DNA of 64,000 bases from Pristiophorus japonicus (GCF_044704955.1 NW_027252026.1:434001-498000); one strand, 5' to 3'. Positions 1 to 12,813 are shown, counted from the first letter of the stretch. Notes: generated by a model from the letters alone, not told the origin. A program made the numbers and translations.

Positions 1-129
1 TAGACAGAGAGGAGTTGTGCCGGTCTCAGACGTTCCTCATTGGACTGCTGAGGGAGTGGAGGTCAACACATGACTCCTCTCCCTCTCCACAGGAAGGTTA
101 AGCAGAGGTTGCACTATATTCTTGTCATT

Positions 130-1225
130 AAAATAACCACAGCCAGCCTCAACATCAACGGCAGCAGAGAGGCACGTCAGAGTTCATAACTTTTTGCTCC
201 TAAAGGAGGTGAAATATGCAGTGTGCTTCCTGCAAGAAACCCACACCGTTCCGGGAGACGAAGCCACGTGACTCCTGGAATGACAAGGAGAGGTCCACAT
301 GAGCCACCTCACTGCCACTTCTTGTGGGGTGGCTATCTTGTTGGCTCCACATTTTCAGCCGGAGATTTTGGGGGTCAAGGACCCTGTGCCAGGCCGCTTG
401 CTCCATGTCACTGTTTGCCTGGGGGATGTGCCGCTCCATTTAGTGAACGTGTACTCCCCTCAGCCCGGTGTGCAGCAAGTGGACTCTTTTAGGCTCCATC
501 GACGTCACCGACTGCATTGTCCTCGGGTAGGATTTTAATTGCATCCTCGAGGTGAGGGACCGCTCCGGTGCCCTGCAGAGCTTGGCGGCGATGCAGAAGT
601 TGAGGGACCTGATCGGGTCCTTCGACTTGGTGAACGTCGGGCGAAATCTCCATCCCAACTCCAGCGCCTTTACTTGGGTGAGGCCTGGAAGAGGAAGGTC
701 CAGAATCGACCTTCTGTACATTTCCCAGGCGTACATTTCCTGTGTTCCAGCGGCTTCCATGCGGCCGGTGCCGTGCCCGGACCACCACCTGGTGTGGGTG
801 GAGATTGCTTCGCTCTGCACGTGGGTGGGGTCCGCGTACTGGCATTTTAACAACCTGCTGCTGGAGGACAAGCGGTGCCAGGATTCGTTCCGTCGGTTCT
901 GGTCCAACAGGAGAAGGAAGCAGGGGGGCTTCCCCTTCTTGAGGTTGTGGTGAGACGTGGAGAAGACTGACGTCCGTCTCTTCTGTCAAGAGTACGCGAA
1001 GGAGTCGACCAAGAGGCAGGAGGTCAGGATGGAGCACCTGGAGAAGGAGGTGCGCGACCTGGGTCCTGTCTCGGTCAAGTTGTCAAGGACTCGACCCTGC
1101 AGATGGTGTACGAAGTGAAGAAGGCCGTGCTGAAGGACCTGCAGCTCGTCGGGTCCCGAGGCACGTTAGTGAGGTCGCGGATCCAGTTCCTTCGGCACCT
1201 GGACCACGGCACCCCCTTCTACTGT
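130..1225 (+). mobile_element. Tx1/L1-clade LINE ORF2 endonuclease remnant
   Basis: Motifs LNING, FLQETH, GVAILL, SRID, PDHHLV and YWHFNNLLL across frameshifted ORFs. Confidence 0.85.
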
Positions 1226-3872
1226 GTATCCATTAACACCATGTTGGCGCTGCGGGGGCAGTCATAGAGCTCATCAATGGCAATTCAAGCCGTATGTGTG
1301 CAAGGACTGTGGAACAACGGGGCATCTCCTGTGAATGTGCAAATGACCTGTGACTCACCACGTGGCAGAGTCAGGAGAGGACGACCGATCCAGTGAGGAT
1401 CACGCTGAACGAGCAGGAGAGGAAACGCAACCTGAGGGTGAAGAGGAAGTATACGGGATACACACCTTCAACACCAAAAGCCCTCCGATAATGTTAAAAG
1501 TTGAACTCAATGACACTCGAGTCTCCATGGAATGGGGGGGCGAGTCAATCAATTACGAGCCAGAAAGCATTCGAGAGGCTTGGGGCAACAAAACACAACG
1601 ACCCAAGCTGATCCAGATTCAGGCAAAGCTGTGCACCTACACCAAGGAACTGATACCAGTTATGGGTATTGCGGACATAAGACTATCCCATGAGGGAGCG
1701 GTGCACGATTTAGCACTTTGGATTGTTCCAGGTGATGGGCCAACTCTTGGTAGGTGGATGGGGAAGATTCGATGGAACTGGGAAGACCTCTGCGTACTTT
1801 CTCCGGCGATCGATGTCTCCCTTGCTCAAGGGCTGACCAAAGCCCCACCTTCAGCTGAACCAGGCATCAAAGTGCAGATCCATTTGCAGATCCCAGAGGC
1901 ACAGGACGCTCATCACGACCATGAGGAGGTGAAGATCAACCGAGCAGCAGTACAGGCACGATACCCACCACCCGAAGCCGATGATCTTTTCGCGACGATG
2001 GAAGAGGCTCCAGGTCGACCAGCAGAGTGGGACTCCGGCCGAAACGATCCGAAAGCGTCCTTCCGACGCCAGAGGCAAAATCCCTGGGGAGGAAGATCAC
2101 GGCAGTCGGCATCACGGACACGGACGAGAGTATGTCCAGACCACGGGACGGGGGAGCGTCCAGACCACGGGACGGGAGAGCGTCCAGACCACGGGACGTC
2201 GCCGCTACGAAACAGAGACATGTGTTGCCCAGCAAGGAAGACAACTGGGTTTGGGGCAAAGGTAAAGGGGTGGCTGCTGAGAAGGCCAGGAACCCACTAT
2301 GCTCCAATAAGTTGTTTGCACTGTGTAACCCATGTGAGCGTTCTTTCGCGGCCAATGATGTACTATCATATGGGGTCGGGGGTACTTTACAACAAGCCAA
2401 AGTAGCGGGCGAACACCAACCGGTCATATATGTATCTGACAAAGTATTTATAACAAGTGAGGTGTTACCACACGGGGTCGGGCGTGTGGTGCAGCAAGCC
2501 AAAGTAGCAGGCGAGCCCCAACCTGTTGTACATGTATCCAATAAGTTGACCAAGGCTGTAGCCTGGGCTCACGGGACAAAAGAGATGTACCAAAGAGTGT
2601 CCCAATATGTGCTCGAGTCAGACAAGCTGCCTATCCCACAGTTTTGGGAGAGCAGAGGCACCATTAAGGATGTGTTGTTTCGAGAATGTCTAACACTGTA
2701 ACATGATCCGCCACGGACCAGGCACTGAGAACGGCGCCAATGCCCTCAGTTAGCTACAGTTGCCCAACATCGGAGTGGAAACACCGCAGTCTGCAGACCC
2801 ATTCATTGTCGTGGAATTGCTAGAAAGTGAGGGGTCAACTGTAACGGCCACCCAGTTTAGGACCTGGACCAGTCAGGATCCCACATTACCGCCCGCCAAT
2901 GGTGAACCGCTAGATGGGATGTTGCAGCTTATCCGTCGCAAAGACGAAAGGCTTATCCCATCAGATTGCCTCCTATGGGGCAACCCTGCAACATTGCAAA
3001 GAAAGGCAGGGAGGCTACACACAGTCGGTGGTCCGGGGCCTCCATATCATGGCCCAGGATCCACAGGGACCACGCGGCCTCCCGCCACTACTGAAAGTCT
3101 CAAGTCCGTATCGACCATCCTGGGCTTGCCAGACCTTAGGGTCAGCGAAAATAGTCCGGAGCAGGCAGCCCAAATCACAAAGCCAAGCACCACACGTGTC
3201 ACGGTAGACTCCCTACAGACCCGGCTATCCCGGGTGCTACGCAGTCACCAGACAGAAGCACTCAGAACCGAGCCTTCCATATAGTATCAGCAGAGAATGC
3301 ACCATGATCAGAATAAATGATGTAGACCATGTTCAGAGCCCCAGATAGGCCGCTAGCACTGTATTAGCCAAAGAGGGGAATGGAGTGTGTGTGATGAAAA
3401 TGGAGCATTTGATTGTGAAACCATGTACTGGGCAAACGCAGAAAGCATTTGGACCAGACCAAACTGCGAACTACAGATAACCAGGAACCACTGTGAAAGA
3501 CCTGGCCCCCAGCGATCCACTAACACAATCGACCTCACCGTCAACCACGAGAATGAACCCACCATGCCAGGACTTCAACTCAGGCAATCGACCCGGGGAC
3601 GCAGGGCGCCAGATTGCCCCAACTTGTACATAAGACTTTGGAGGGGGCGGGGGGGGGGGGGCGGGGGAGTGATGTTATATATGTATGTAAACCTCACCGA
3701 TATGTAACACTTGCCACTAGGGGGCACACCTGTGGGAGACCCAAGGGTCACCTGTGCACCCTGGGCAAGCAGGTATAAAAGGTGACTCACCATGCTGCTT
3801 CTCCACTCTGGAGTCTGAATCAAGAGACCAAGGTCACAACAGTTTGAGCTTGGATTTATTCTGAACATAACA
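1225..3872 (+). mobile_element. Degenerate Gypsy-type LTR retrotransposon with 3' LTR (3673-3872), immediately upstream of the V1 acceptor
   Basis: Protease-like region (ORF 1350), RT/integrase fragments ([22 protein letters not shown]), G-rich PPT at about 3641-3672, LTR TGTTAT...ATAACA. Confidence 0.8.
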
Positions 3873-4720
3873 GTGATTATATCTTGTGGTTCCTCATCAG
3901 TTCTGATCATCAGTTATTTATTATTCACAGGTCTAAAGGCAAGTCCGGTTCTTATCCAGTCCCCAGAAGTTGTGACGGTGCCCGAGGGTGGGACGGTGCA
4001 GTTTCGGTGTTCCCTGGAGAGCAGCAATGTGAATGACCGTGTGGATAAATATACTGTACATTGGTACCACCCACAAAATAGGAAACACATATTTACTCAT
4101 TACGTAGATGGCAGGGTTGACCGATCAAACGGTGTCTCTGAGCGGTTTCAGCTTTCCAGAGATGTTGCCAGTAACAGCTACATTCTGACCATCAGAGGCG
4201 TGGAGCGCAGAGACAGCGCGGTCTATATCTGTGGTATTTGAGGAACAAGCTATGGAAAAGGAACCCGGCTGAATGTAACCAGTCAGTACTTTCTATATTA
4301 TATTGTTTTTCGACCTAATGTTACCGTACAAATATCTTGTTTAAATGTTATACAAACTGTTCCTTTTACAGTAACAACACTGAGTTTTAACTACAGAATG
4401 GAGGGTGAAATCTGGGTCAAACTCAATTTGTTTTTAACAGAACAAATAATTGTGAGCACATGGTGGGACAAAATCTCACACACAGGATTCAACGGTAAAA
4501 TACATGTTGAGGGAAAAGTGCAGTAATAGGAATAATTTAGAGAGCCTCTAAACCATGAAATCGACCCTGATATTAACCCCCTGCCACCCTCTGCCCCCCC
4601 CACGCTGTGCGGGAGAGCATCGGAGGGGTGGGTGTTAGTGTTAATTATGGGAAAATTGTCCCCAACATGCCCAAGTCCTCCAGATAGCGCACGCTCTCCT
4701 TTCCCTTCCCGATCATGGCC
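3873..4720 (+). repeat. Inverted duplication arm 1 (partner about 61570-62395)
   Basis: V1 exon plus downstream intron align with the reverse complement. The intron is about 98% identical by manual comparison. Confidence 0.93.
3931..4281 (+). pseudogene. Gene A exon V1: germline-joined V-J Ig domain with premature stop (TGA 4239-4241)
   Basis: Acceptor ttattcacag|GT and donor A|gtcagt, phase 1-1. Translation: GLKASPVLIQSPEVVTVPEGGTVQFRC...VHWY...RFQLSRD...YILTIRGVERRDSAVYICGI*GTSYGKGTRLNVT. V-set C, W and DxAxYxC are present, and a J-like GxGT-x-L-x-V continues in frame past the stop. No heptamer/nonamer is adjacent. Confidence 0.9.
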
Positions 4721-4805
4721 TATCTCACCTTCCTCACCCAATCAGGCCTCTCTGTCTCTCTCTCCCCCACCCGATCGTGACCTCTCTCTCTCCCCCACTC
4801 GATCG

Positions 4806-4836
<31 letters not shown>

Positions 4837-7392
4837 ACCCGATCGTGGCCTGTCCCTCTCTCTCCCCCCCTGCCTGATCGTGCCCCTCTCTCCTTCTTCC
4901 CCCACCACCACACCACCTGATTGTGGCTTCTCTCTCTCTCTCTGTCCGATCATGGCCTCTCTCTCTCTCCACCCGATCATGGCCTCTCTCTCTCCCTCCG
5001 TCGCCCGATCGTGGCCTGTCCCTCTCTCTCTCTCTCCGCCCGATCGTGGCCTGTCCCTCTCTCTCCCCCTGCCCAATCGTGGCCCTCTCTCTCTCTCTCT
5101 CTGTCCGATCATGGCCTCTCTCTCTCTCCACCCGATCATGGCCTCTCTCTCTCCCTCCGTCGCCCGATCGTGGCCTGTCCCTCTCTCTCCCCCTGCCCAA
5201 TCGTGGCCCTCTCTCTCTCTCTCTCTCTCCCCAGCCCGATCGTGGCCTCTCTCTCTCTCTCCCCGCCCGATCGTGGCCTCTCTCTCTCTCTCTCTCTCTC
5301 CCCGCCCGATCGTGGCCTCTCTCTCTTCCTCTCCCTGCCAGATTGTGGCCTCTCTCTCTCTCTCCCCGCCTGATCGTGGCCTCTCTCTCTCTCTCTCTCT
5401 CTCTCCCCGCACGATCGTGGCCTCTCTCTCTCTCTCCCCGCCCGATCGTGGCCCTCTCTCTCTCTCTCCCCGCCCGATCGTGGTCTCTCTCTCTTTCTCT
5501 CTCCCTGCCCGATCGTGGCCTCTCTCTCTCCCCGCCCGATCGTGGCCTCTCTCTCTCCCCGCCCGATCGTGGCCTCTCTCTCTCTCTCTCTCTCTCTCTC
5601 CCTGCCAGATCGTGGCCTCTCTCTCTCTCTCTCTCCCCGCCTGATCGTGGCCTCTCTCTCTCTCCCCGCACGATCGTGGCCTCTCTCTCTCTCTCTCCCC
5701 GCCTGATCGTGGCCTCTCTCTCTCTCCNNNNNNNNNNNNNNNNNNNNNNNNNNNNNNNNNNNNNNNNNNNNNNNNNNNNNNNNNNNNNNNNNNNNNNNNN
5801 NNNNNNNNNNNNNNNNNNNNNNNNNNNNNNNNNNNNNNNNNNNNNNNNNNNNNNNNNNNNNNNNNNNNNNNNNNNNNNNNNNNNNNNNNNNNNNNNNNCT
5901 CTCTCTCTCCCCGCCCGATCGTGGTCTCTCTCTCTCTCTCTCCCCACCCGATCGTGGCCTCTCTCTCTCTCTCTCTCCCCGCCCGATCGTGGCCTCTCTC
6001 TCTCTCTCTCTCCCCGCCCGATCTTGGCCTCTCTCTCTCTCTCCCCGCCCGATCTTGGCCTCTCTCTCTCTCTCCCCGCCCGATCGTGGTCTCTCTCTCT
6101 CTCTCCCCACCCGATCGTGGTCTCTCTCTCTCTCTCTCTCTCTCTCTCCCCGCCCGATCTTGGCCTCTCTCTCTCTCTCTCCCCACCAGATCGTGGCCTC
6201 TCTCTCTCTCTCCCCGCCCAATCGTGGCCTCTCTCTCTCTCTCTCCCCACCCGATCGTGGCCTCTCTCTCTCTCTCCCTGCCCGATTGTGGCCTCTCTCT
6301 CTCTCCCCGCCCGATTGTGGCCTCTCTCTCTCTCTCCCCGCCCGATCTTGGCCTCTCTCTCTCTCTCTCTCCCCGCCCGATCGTGGCCTCTCTCTCTCTC
6401 TCTCTCCCCGCCCGATCTTGGCCTCTCTCTCTCTCTCTCCCCGCCAGATCGTGGCCTCTCTCTCTCTCTCCCCGCCCAATCGTGGCCTCTCTCTCTCTCT
6501 CTCCCCACCCGATCGTGGCCTCTCTCTCTCTCCCCGCCAGATCGTGGCCTCTCTCTCTCCCCGCCCGATCGTGGCCTCTCTCTCTCTCTCTCCCCGCCCG
6601 ATCGTGGCCTCTCTCTCTCTCTCCCTGCCCGATCGTGGTCTCTCTCTCTCTCTCTCTCTCTCTCCCCGCCCGATCGTGGTCTCTCTCTCTCTCCCCGCCC
6701 GATCGTGGTCTCTCTCTCTCTCCCCGCCCGATCGTGGCCTCTCTCTCTCTCTCTCCCCGCCCGATCGTGGCCTCTCTCTCTCTCTCCCCCCGCCCGATCA
6801 TGGCCTGTCCCTCTGTCTCTTTCTCCCCNNNNNNNNNNNNNNNNNNNNNNNNNNNNNNNNNNNNNNNNNNNNNNNNNNNNNNNNNNNNNNNNNNNNNNNN
6901 NNNNNNNNNNNNNNNNNNNNNNNNNNNNNNNNNNNNNNNNNNNNNNNNNNNNNNNNNNNNNNNNNNNNNNNNNNNNNNNNNNNNNNNNNNNNNNNNNNNN
7001 NNNNNNNNNNNNNNNNNNNNNNNNNNNNNNNNNNNNNNNNNNNNNNNNNNNNNNNNNNNNNNNNNNNNNNNNNNNNNNNNNNNNNNNNNNNNNNNNNNNN
7101 NNNNNNNNNNNNNNNNCTCTCNNNNNNNNNNNNNNNNNNNNNNNNNNNNNNNNNNNNNNNNNNNNNNNNNNNNNNNNNNNNNNNNNNNNNNNNNNNNNNN
7201 NNNNNNNNNNNNNNNNNNNNNNNNNNNNNNNNNNNNNNNNNNNNNNNNNNNNNNNNNNNNNNNNNNNNNNNNNNNNNNNNNNNNNNNNNNNNNNNNNNNN
7301 NNTCTCTCTCCCCGCCCGATCGTGGCCTCTCTCTCTCTCTCTCTCTCTCCCCGCCCGATCGTGGCCTCTCTCTCTCTCCCCGCCCGATCATG

Positions 7393-7427
<35 letters not shown>

Positions 7428-7469
7428 CACCCGATCGTGGCCCTCTCTCTCTCCCCACCCGATCGTGGC

Positions 7470-7500
<31 letters not shown>

Positions 7501-7666
7501 CGCCCGATCGTGGCCTCTCTCTCTCTCTCTCCGCCCGATCGTGGTCTCTCTCTCTCTCTCTCCGCCCGATCGTGGTCTCTCTCTCTCTCCCCGCCCGATC
7601 ATGGCCCCTCTCTCTCTCTCCCCGCCCGATCGTGGCCTCTCTCTCTCTCTCCCCACCCGATCGTGG

Positions 7667-7710
<44 letters not shown>

Positions 7711-8037
7711 CACCCGATCGTGGTCTCTCTCTCTCTCTCTCCCTGCCCGATCGTAGCCTCTCTCTCTCTCTCCCCGCCCGATCGTGGCCTCTCTCTCTCT
7801 CTCTCTCCCCGCCCAATCGTGGCCTTTCTCTCTCTCTCCCCGCCCGATCATGGCCTCTCTCTCTCTCCCCGCCTGATCGTGGCCTCTCTCTCTCTCTCCC
7901 CGCCCGATCGTGGCCTCTCTCTCTCTCTCCCCGCCCGATCGTGGCCTCTCTCTCTCTCTCCCCGCCAGATCGTGGCCTCTCTCTCTCTCCCCGCCCGATC
8001 ATGGCCCGTCTCTCTCTCTCTCTCCCCACCCGATCGT

Positions 8038-8073
<36 letters not shown>

Positions 8074-9192
8074 CAGCCGATCGTGGCCTTTCTCTCTCCC
8101 CACCCGATCGTGGCCCCTCTCTCTCTCTCCGCCTGATCATGGCCTCTCTCTATCTCTCTCNNNNNNNNNNNNNNNNNNNNNNNNNNNNNNNNNNNNNNNN
8201 NNNNNNNNNNNNNNNNNNNNNNNNNNNNNNNNNNNNNNNNNNNNNNNNNNNNNNNNNNNNNNNNNNNNNNNNNNNNNNNNNNNNNNNNNNNNNNNNNNNN
8301 NNNNNNNNNNNNNNNNNNNNNNNNNNNNNNNNNNNNNNNNNNNNNNNNNNCTCTCTCTTCCCGCCCGATCGTGGCCTTTCTCTCTCCCCACCCGATCGTG
8401 GCCTCTCTCTCTCTCTCTCTCCCTCTCTCCCTCTCTCCCCGCCCGATCATGGCCTCTCTCTCTCTCCCCGCCCGATCATGGCCCCTCTCTCTCTCTCTCT
8501 CTCCCCGCCCGATCGTAGCCTCTCTCTCTNNNNNNNNNNNNNNNNNNNNNNNNNNNNNNNNNNNNNNNNNNNNNNNNNNNNNNNNNNNNNNNNNNNNNNN
8601 NNNNNNNNNNNNNNNNNNNNNNNNNNNNNNNNNNNNNNNNNNNNNNNNNNNNNNNNNNNNNNNNNNNNNNNNNNNNNNNNNNNNNNNCCTCTCTCTCTCT
8701 CCGTCCGATCGTGGCCTCTCTCTCTCCCCGCCGCCCGATCGTGTCCTGTCCCTGTTTCTTTCTTCCCCGCACCCCCCCGATTGTGGTCTTTCTCTCTCTC
8801 CCCGCCCGATCGTATCCTGTCCCTCTGTCTCTTTCTCCCCCCCCGCCCGATCGTATCCTGTCCCTCTGTCTCTTTCTCCCCCCCCGCCCGATCGTATCCT
8901 GTCCCTCTGTCTCTTTCTCCCCACCCCCCCGATCGTGGCCTTTCTCTCTCCCCCCGCCCGATCGTGTCCTGTCCCTCTGTTTCTTTCTTCCCCGCACCCC
9001 CCCGATCGTGGTCTCTCTCTCTCCCCCCGCCCGATCGTATCCTGTCCCTCTGTCTCTTTCTCCCCACCCCCCCCACCCCAATCGTGTCCTGTCCCTCTGT
9101 CTCTTTCTCCCCACCCCCCCCACTCCGCCGATCGTGTCCTGTCCCTCTGTCACTTTCTCCCCCACCCCTCCAGATTGTGGCCTCTCTCTCTC
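4710..9192. repeat. Composite (CT)n-CCCGCCCGATCGTGGC minisatellite with N blocks, in the V1-V2 intron of gene A
   Basis: Well over 50 visible units of about 28-45 bp. It produces the spurious SLSL/ERER ORFs. Confidence 0.97.
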
Positions 9193-11479
9193 TAATCTAT
9201 CTAGGCATAGGGCCAGCAAGTAAATAAAGTAAACAGCTTGCATTTATATAGTGCTTGTCATGATCTCAGGATATCCCAAAGCGGTTTACAGCCAATGAAG
9301 TACTTTTGACGTGTAGTCACTGTTGTAATGTCGGAAACACAGCAGCCAAGTTGTGCACAGCAAGTTCCCAGTTTTAGTTGCTGCAGAAATGATGTCATCC
9401 AGTTGCTCAGACTCCAAACATCACATTAAGAAATTGATTCATTGGATTAATGGGTGATTTTTATACTAAAATCAATAAGCCAAAATATTCAATGAACTTC
9501 CTTCTTTACCAATATTTCTGCAGCAGGACTTGTTGTCATTAAAGAGTTCCAGTTAATGCACCGTCTAAATGTAGATGTTTCATACAATACTCTCAGGATT
9601 TTCTCCATCAAATTAACCCTTTGTCTGCTGCTCCTGTTGTATTCCTTCTGTAATATTATAATACACGTGAATGAGAGATAAAACCACCCCAACTATTCAC
9701 AACATCTATCCATAATCCATTAACTATCATAAATCTGTGTGCACTTCTTGGCTGCACAAATTCACTTTCATGTTTTTGTCACACTTTTGGGGAGGGAGAT
9801 TTTAAGTTTCCCGACTGGGCGGAAATCAGACGGGAGTGGATCAGCCTCCTATTTAAACCCACCCTCTACTGGCTCACTGGTCTTTACCGTCTCCCCCGCT
9901 CCCTCTCTCCCAACTCTCAGTCTCTCCTCCCTTTCTGCTCTCTGTCTCCTCGACTCTCTCTGTGCACTGCCTCCTCTACTCTATCCTCCGCTCCCTCTCT
10001 AACCCTCAGCGCCCTCTTTCTGCTCCCAATACGGGTACAGTAGTGGAGTGTGGTGGTTATGTTACTAGACGAGTAATTGAGAGTCCCGCACTAATAATCC
10101 AGAGAACGTGGGTTCAAATCTCACCCTGGCAGTGAGAGAATTTCAAATCATATTAAAAATAAACACAAAGAAAAAAAACCTGGTAGTGAAAACCTGTTCC
10201 CAATAAATCCCTCATTCTCCCACCATCAACATCCCGGGGCTCACTACTGACCACGATCACTACTGGACCAGCCATTATCCACAGTGTGGCTGCAGGAGCA
10301 ACAGAACCGGTTTATATTTCTGTCCTACGCTGGTATTTATTGTGGAATTCCCACCCACACCTCTTCCACTGAATTTATACTGAAGTGATTTCCAAAATAA
10401 GACAGTGATGGTCACCATCTTTAGTGAAGCCGACACCCACCCAACCCTTGGTGAACTCAGGAGCCCGCTTTAGGGACAAGTACATCTCTTGGCAGCAGCG
10501 CAGTAAAGTTTGCGCCCAGGAACAGTTTGCATCTCAGTCAGCAAATTTCAGCAGCTGGGCCCCGAGTGTGGGGCGGAGAGCTAATGGAGGCGTTGCCCAC
10601 CTCTTGTAGGGCACTTGGCTGGCTGAGAATGCGAAAATCCCGAGCTGAACAGCCGGCCTAGGAGCACTGTGAGAGAGGCCTGGGGGAAAAAATACTGAAA
10701 AAAACCCCACCAAAACATTGCCAATAAATAACTCACGTCACCACAACATAAATCACAAAACAAATTCAATAAAAACCAACCACACTTACCCGAGGTGGAC
10801 ATGACTTACCTCACTGCAGCCGCTACAGGTCGGACTGCCCGCTTGCACAGGCGGTCCCAGCATGGCGCTCTCCGGAGTGCTACAGATCTGGCGGGAGCCA
10901 TAAACAACCAGGGGCGTTGCACACCGGCTCGCCTCTTCCAGGCGGTAATGCTCCACACCCTGAAACCCCCGGCGAGGCACTGGAACCTGGCTGTCCAACC
11001 GGAGAGCTTACCGTCACCAATTCCGCACCTCCAGGGCGAAAACAGAGGCGACAAGCCGAAAATCCAGCCCAATGTTTTTACAGTGCATTACAACCCTCCC
11101 CTACAAGTTCAGCACAAGCCTGACAGTCTCCAGCACCAGGAAGGCTATCCCAACTTGCAGTGATTCACCGGTTTGTACTCAGAATAACGAATCCAAGATG
11201 GCAGGCTCAACAGCTCAGTCACAGTAACAGCCGAGACAGCCACAAAGTTGGCAGCATTAAAACCCGCGAGGTGCTACGGTGCAACCGAGCACGAGTCAAC
11301 AGCACCTCCCACAGCGAGCCGGAGGGTGAGTGATGTGAGGGGGTTGGGGTCTCCAGTTCCAGGCCCAGTGTTGGCACTGCTGGAATACCACAAACTGAAC
11401 GTTTCCAGGTTTGCAAATTTCACTCAAATTGCAAGTATTAAAGGAACATTTTCAAATATTGGATCTATGAGTGCCCTTC

Positions 11480-12003
11480 CTTCTATGTCCATCTCCTGGC
11501 TCGCCTCACACATTCTGTCCTTCGTAAGCTTGAGGTCATCCAAAACTCGGCTGATGGTGTCCTAACTCGCACCAAGTCCCACCCACCCATCACCCCTGTG
11601 CTCGTTGAGCTACATTGGCTCCCGGTTAAGCAACGCCTCGATTTTACAATTCTCATCCTTGTTTTCAAATCCCTCCATGGCCGTGCCCTCTCTATCTCTG
11701 TAATCTCCTCCAGCCCTACAAACCCTCGAGATGTCTGCGCTCCTCTAATTCTGTCCTCCTGAGCATCCCTGATTATAATCGCTCCACCATTGGTGGCCTG
11801 ACCCCAAGCTCTGGAACTCCCTGCCTAAACCTCTCCACCTCTCCTTCTTCCTTTAAGATGTTCCTTAAAACCTACCTCTTTAACCACCTGCCCTAGTTTC
11901 TCCTTCTGTGGCTCGGTTAATTTTTTTGTCTAATAACATTCCTGTGAAGTGCCTTGGGACCTTTTACTGCATTAAAGGCGCTATATAAATACCAGTTGTT
12001 GTT
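11480..12003 (+). mobile_element. L2-type LINE 3' end
   Basis: LHWLPVKQRLDFKIL-like coding sequence, ending aaaggcgctatataaata..gttgttgtt. A counterpart at about 49540-50560 on the minus strand is split by a later insertion. Confidence 0.75.
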
Positions 12004-12690
12004 CCCGCCCCAGGTCTCCCTTTACCAGTTTCCATGGTAGAATCAGACAGCACCGAAGGACACCATTCGGCCCATTGTAACCGTGCCAGCCGGTGGATGA
12101 AAAGAAAAAGAACTTGCTCTTCTATTGGTGAACTTGTTCAAATAAAAGGCAGGGTTCACAGCACAGGTTTTCCACAATTTGGATCGGAATCAGTAACAGA
12201 CTAACCGCACTGCTCCAGGATTGATCTCTGTCTAACTTGTACTGCCTGGACTGTCCCTTTAAATATCGGGAACATTTTGTAACCTTCAGACCGGTTTTTA
12301 AGTGATTGATATTTTTCCCATTAAAGGTGCAGTTGTCCCTGTCCTGACCCAGTCTCCGAGCCTGGAACGTGTCACAGAGGGTCACACGGCGCGGTTACAG
12401 TGCAACATGTGGAACACCAGCGTGAGCGACACCGATGTCCACTGGTACCGGCAACTCCTGGGGCAAGATATGGAGTGGGTTTTAACACATGAGGCAAGTG
12501 GCAGCACACGAGGGAGCCCAGGTTCCACTGACCGTCTCCAGCCTTCCAGAGACACCTCCAATAACAGCTTCATTCTGACAGTCACAGACGTGCAGCCCAG
12601 TGACACTGCCGCCTATTACTGTAAAGTGTGGGGCGATATCAGCGGGAACGGAACCCAGCTCAATGTAACCAGTAAGTACAGTTCACATTG
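11950..12690 (+). repeat. Inverted duplication arm 2 (partner about 48830-49590)
   Basis: L2 3' end, upstream intron and V2 exon align with the reverse complement. Similarity stops about 20 bp after the V2 donor. Confidence 0.92.
12327..12671 (+). CDS. Gene A exon V2: intact germline-joined V-J Ig domain
   Basis: Acceptor ccattaaag|GT and donor A|gtaagt, phase 1-1, 345 bp. Translation: GAVVPVLTQSPSLERVTEGHTARLQC...VHWYRQ...RLQPSRDTSNNSFILTVTDVQPSDTAAYYCKVWGDISGNGTQLNVT. Confidence 0.93.
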
Positions 12691-12813
12691 TAATAATATT
12701 ATATCTGCGTCTGACATCACCTTGTGGTTCAGGGCTGGTAAAGGTCCAATATTTGATGGCAAATACCTTATTCTGTAAGTCCGGTCCCTAACATGTCCCT
12801 CTCACTTTCACAG

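Noticed and set aside
2134-2197. Three 21-bp direct repeats (RPDHGTGE)
   Set aside because: Local slippage duplication within a decayed Gypsy element, with no evidence of function.
4720-9243. Very long ORFs (up to 1434 aa) rich in SL/ER
   Set aside because: They are artefacts of the (CT)n satellite and N blocks and are open in nearly all frames.
3931-12671. Rearranging Ig/TCR V segments or a germline-joined Ig light-chain cluster
   Set aside because: No RSS heptamer/nonamer flanks the V exons, J-like strands are in the same exon, no C1 exon was found, and V2 is followed in phase by a TM exon.
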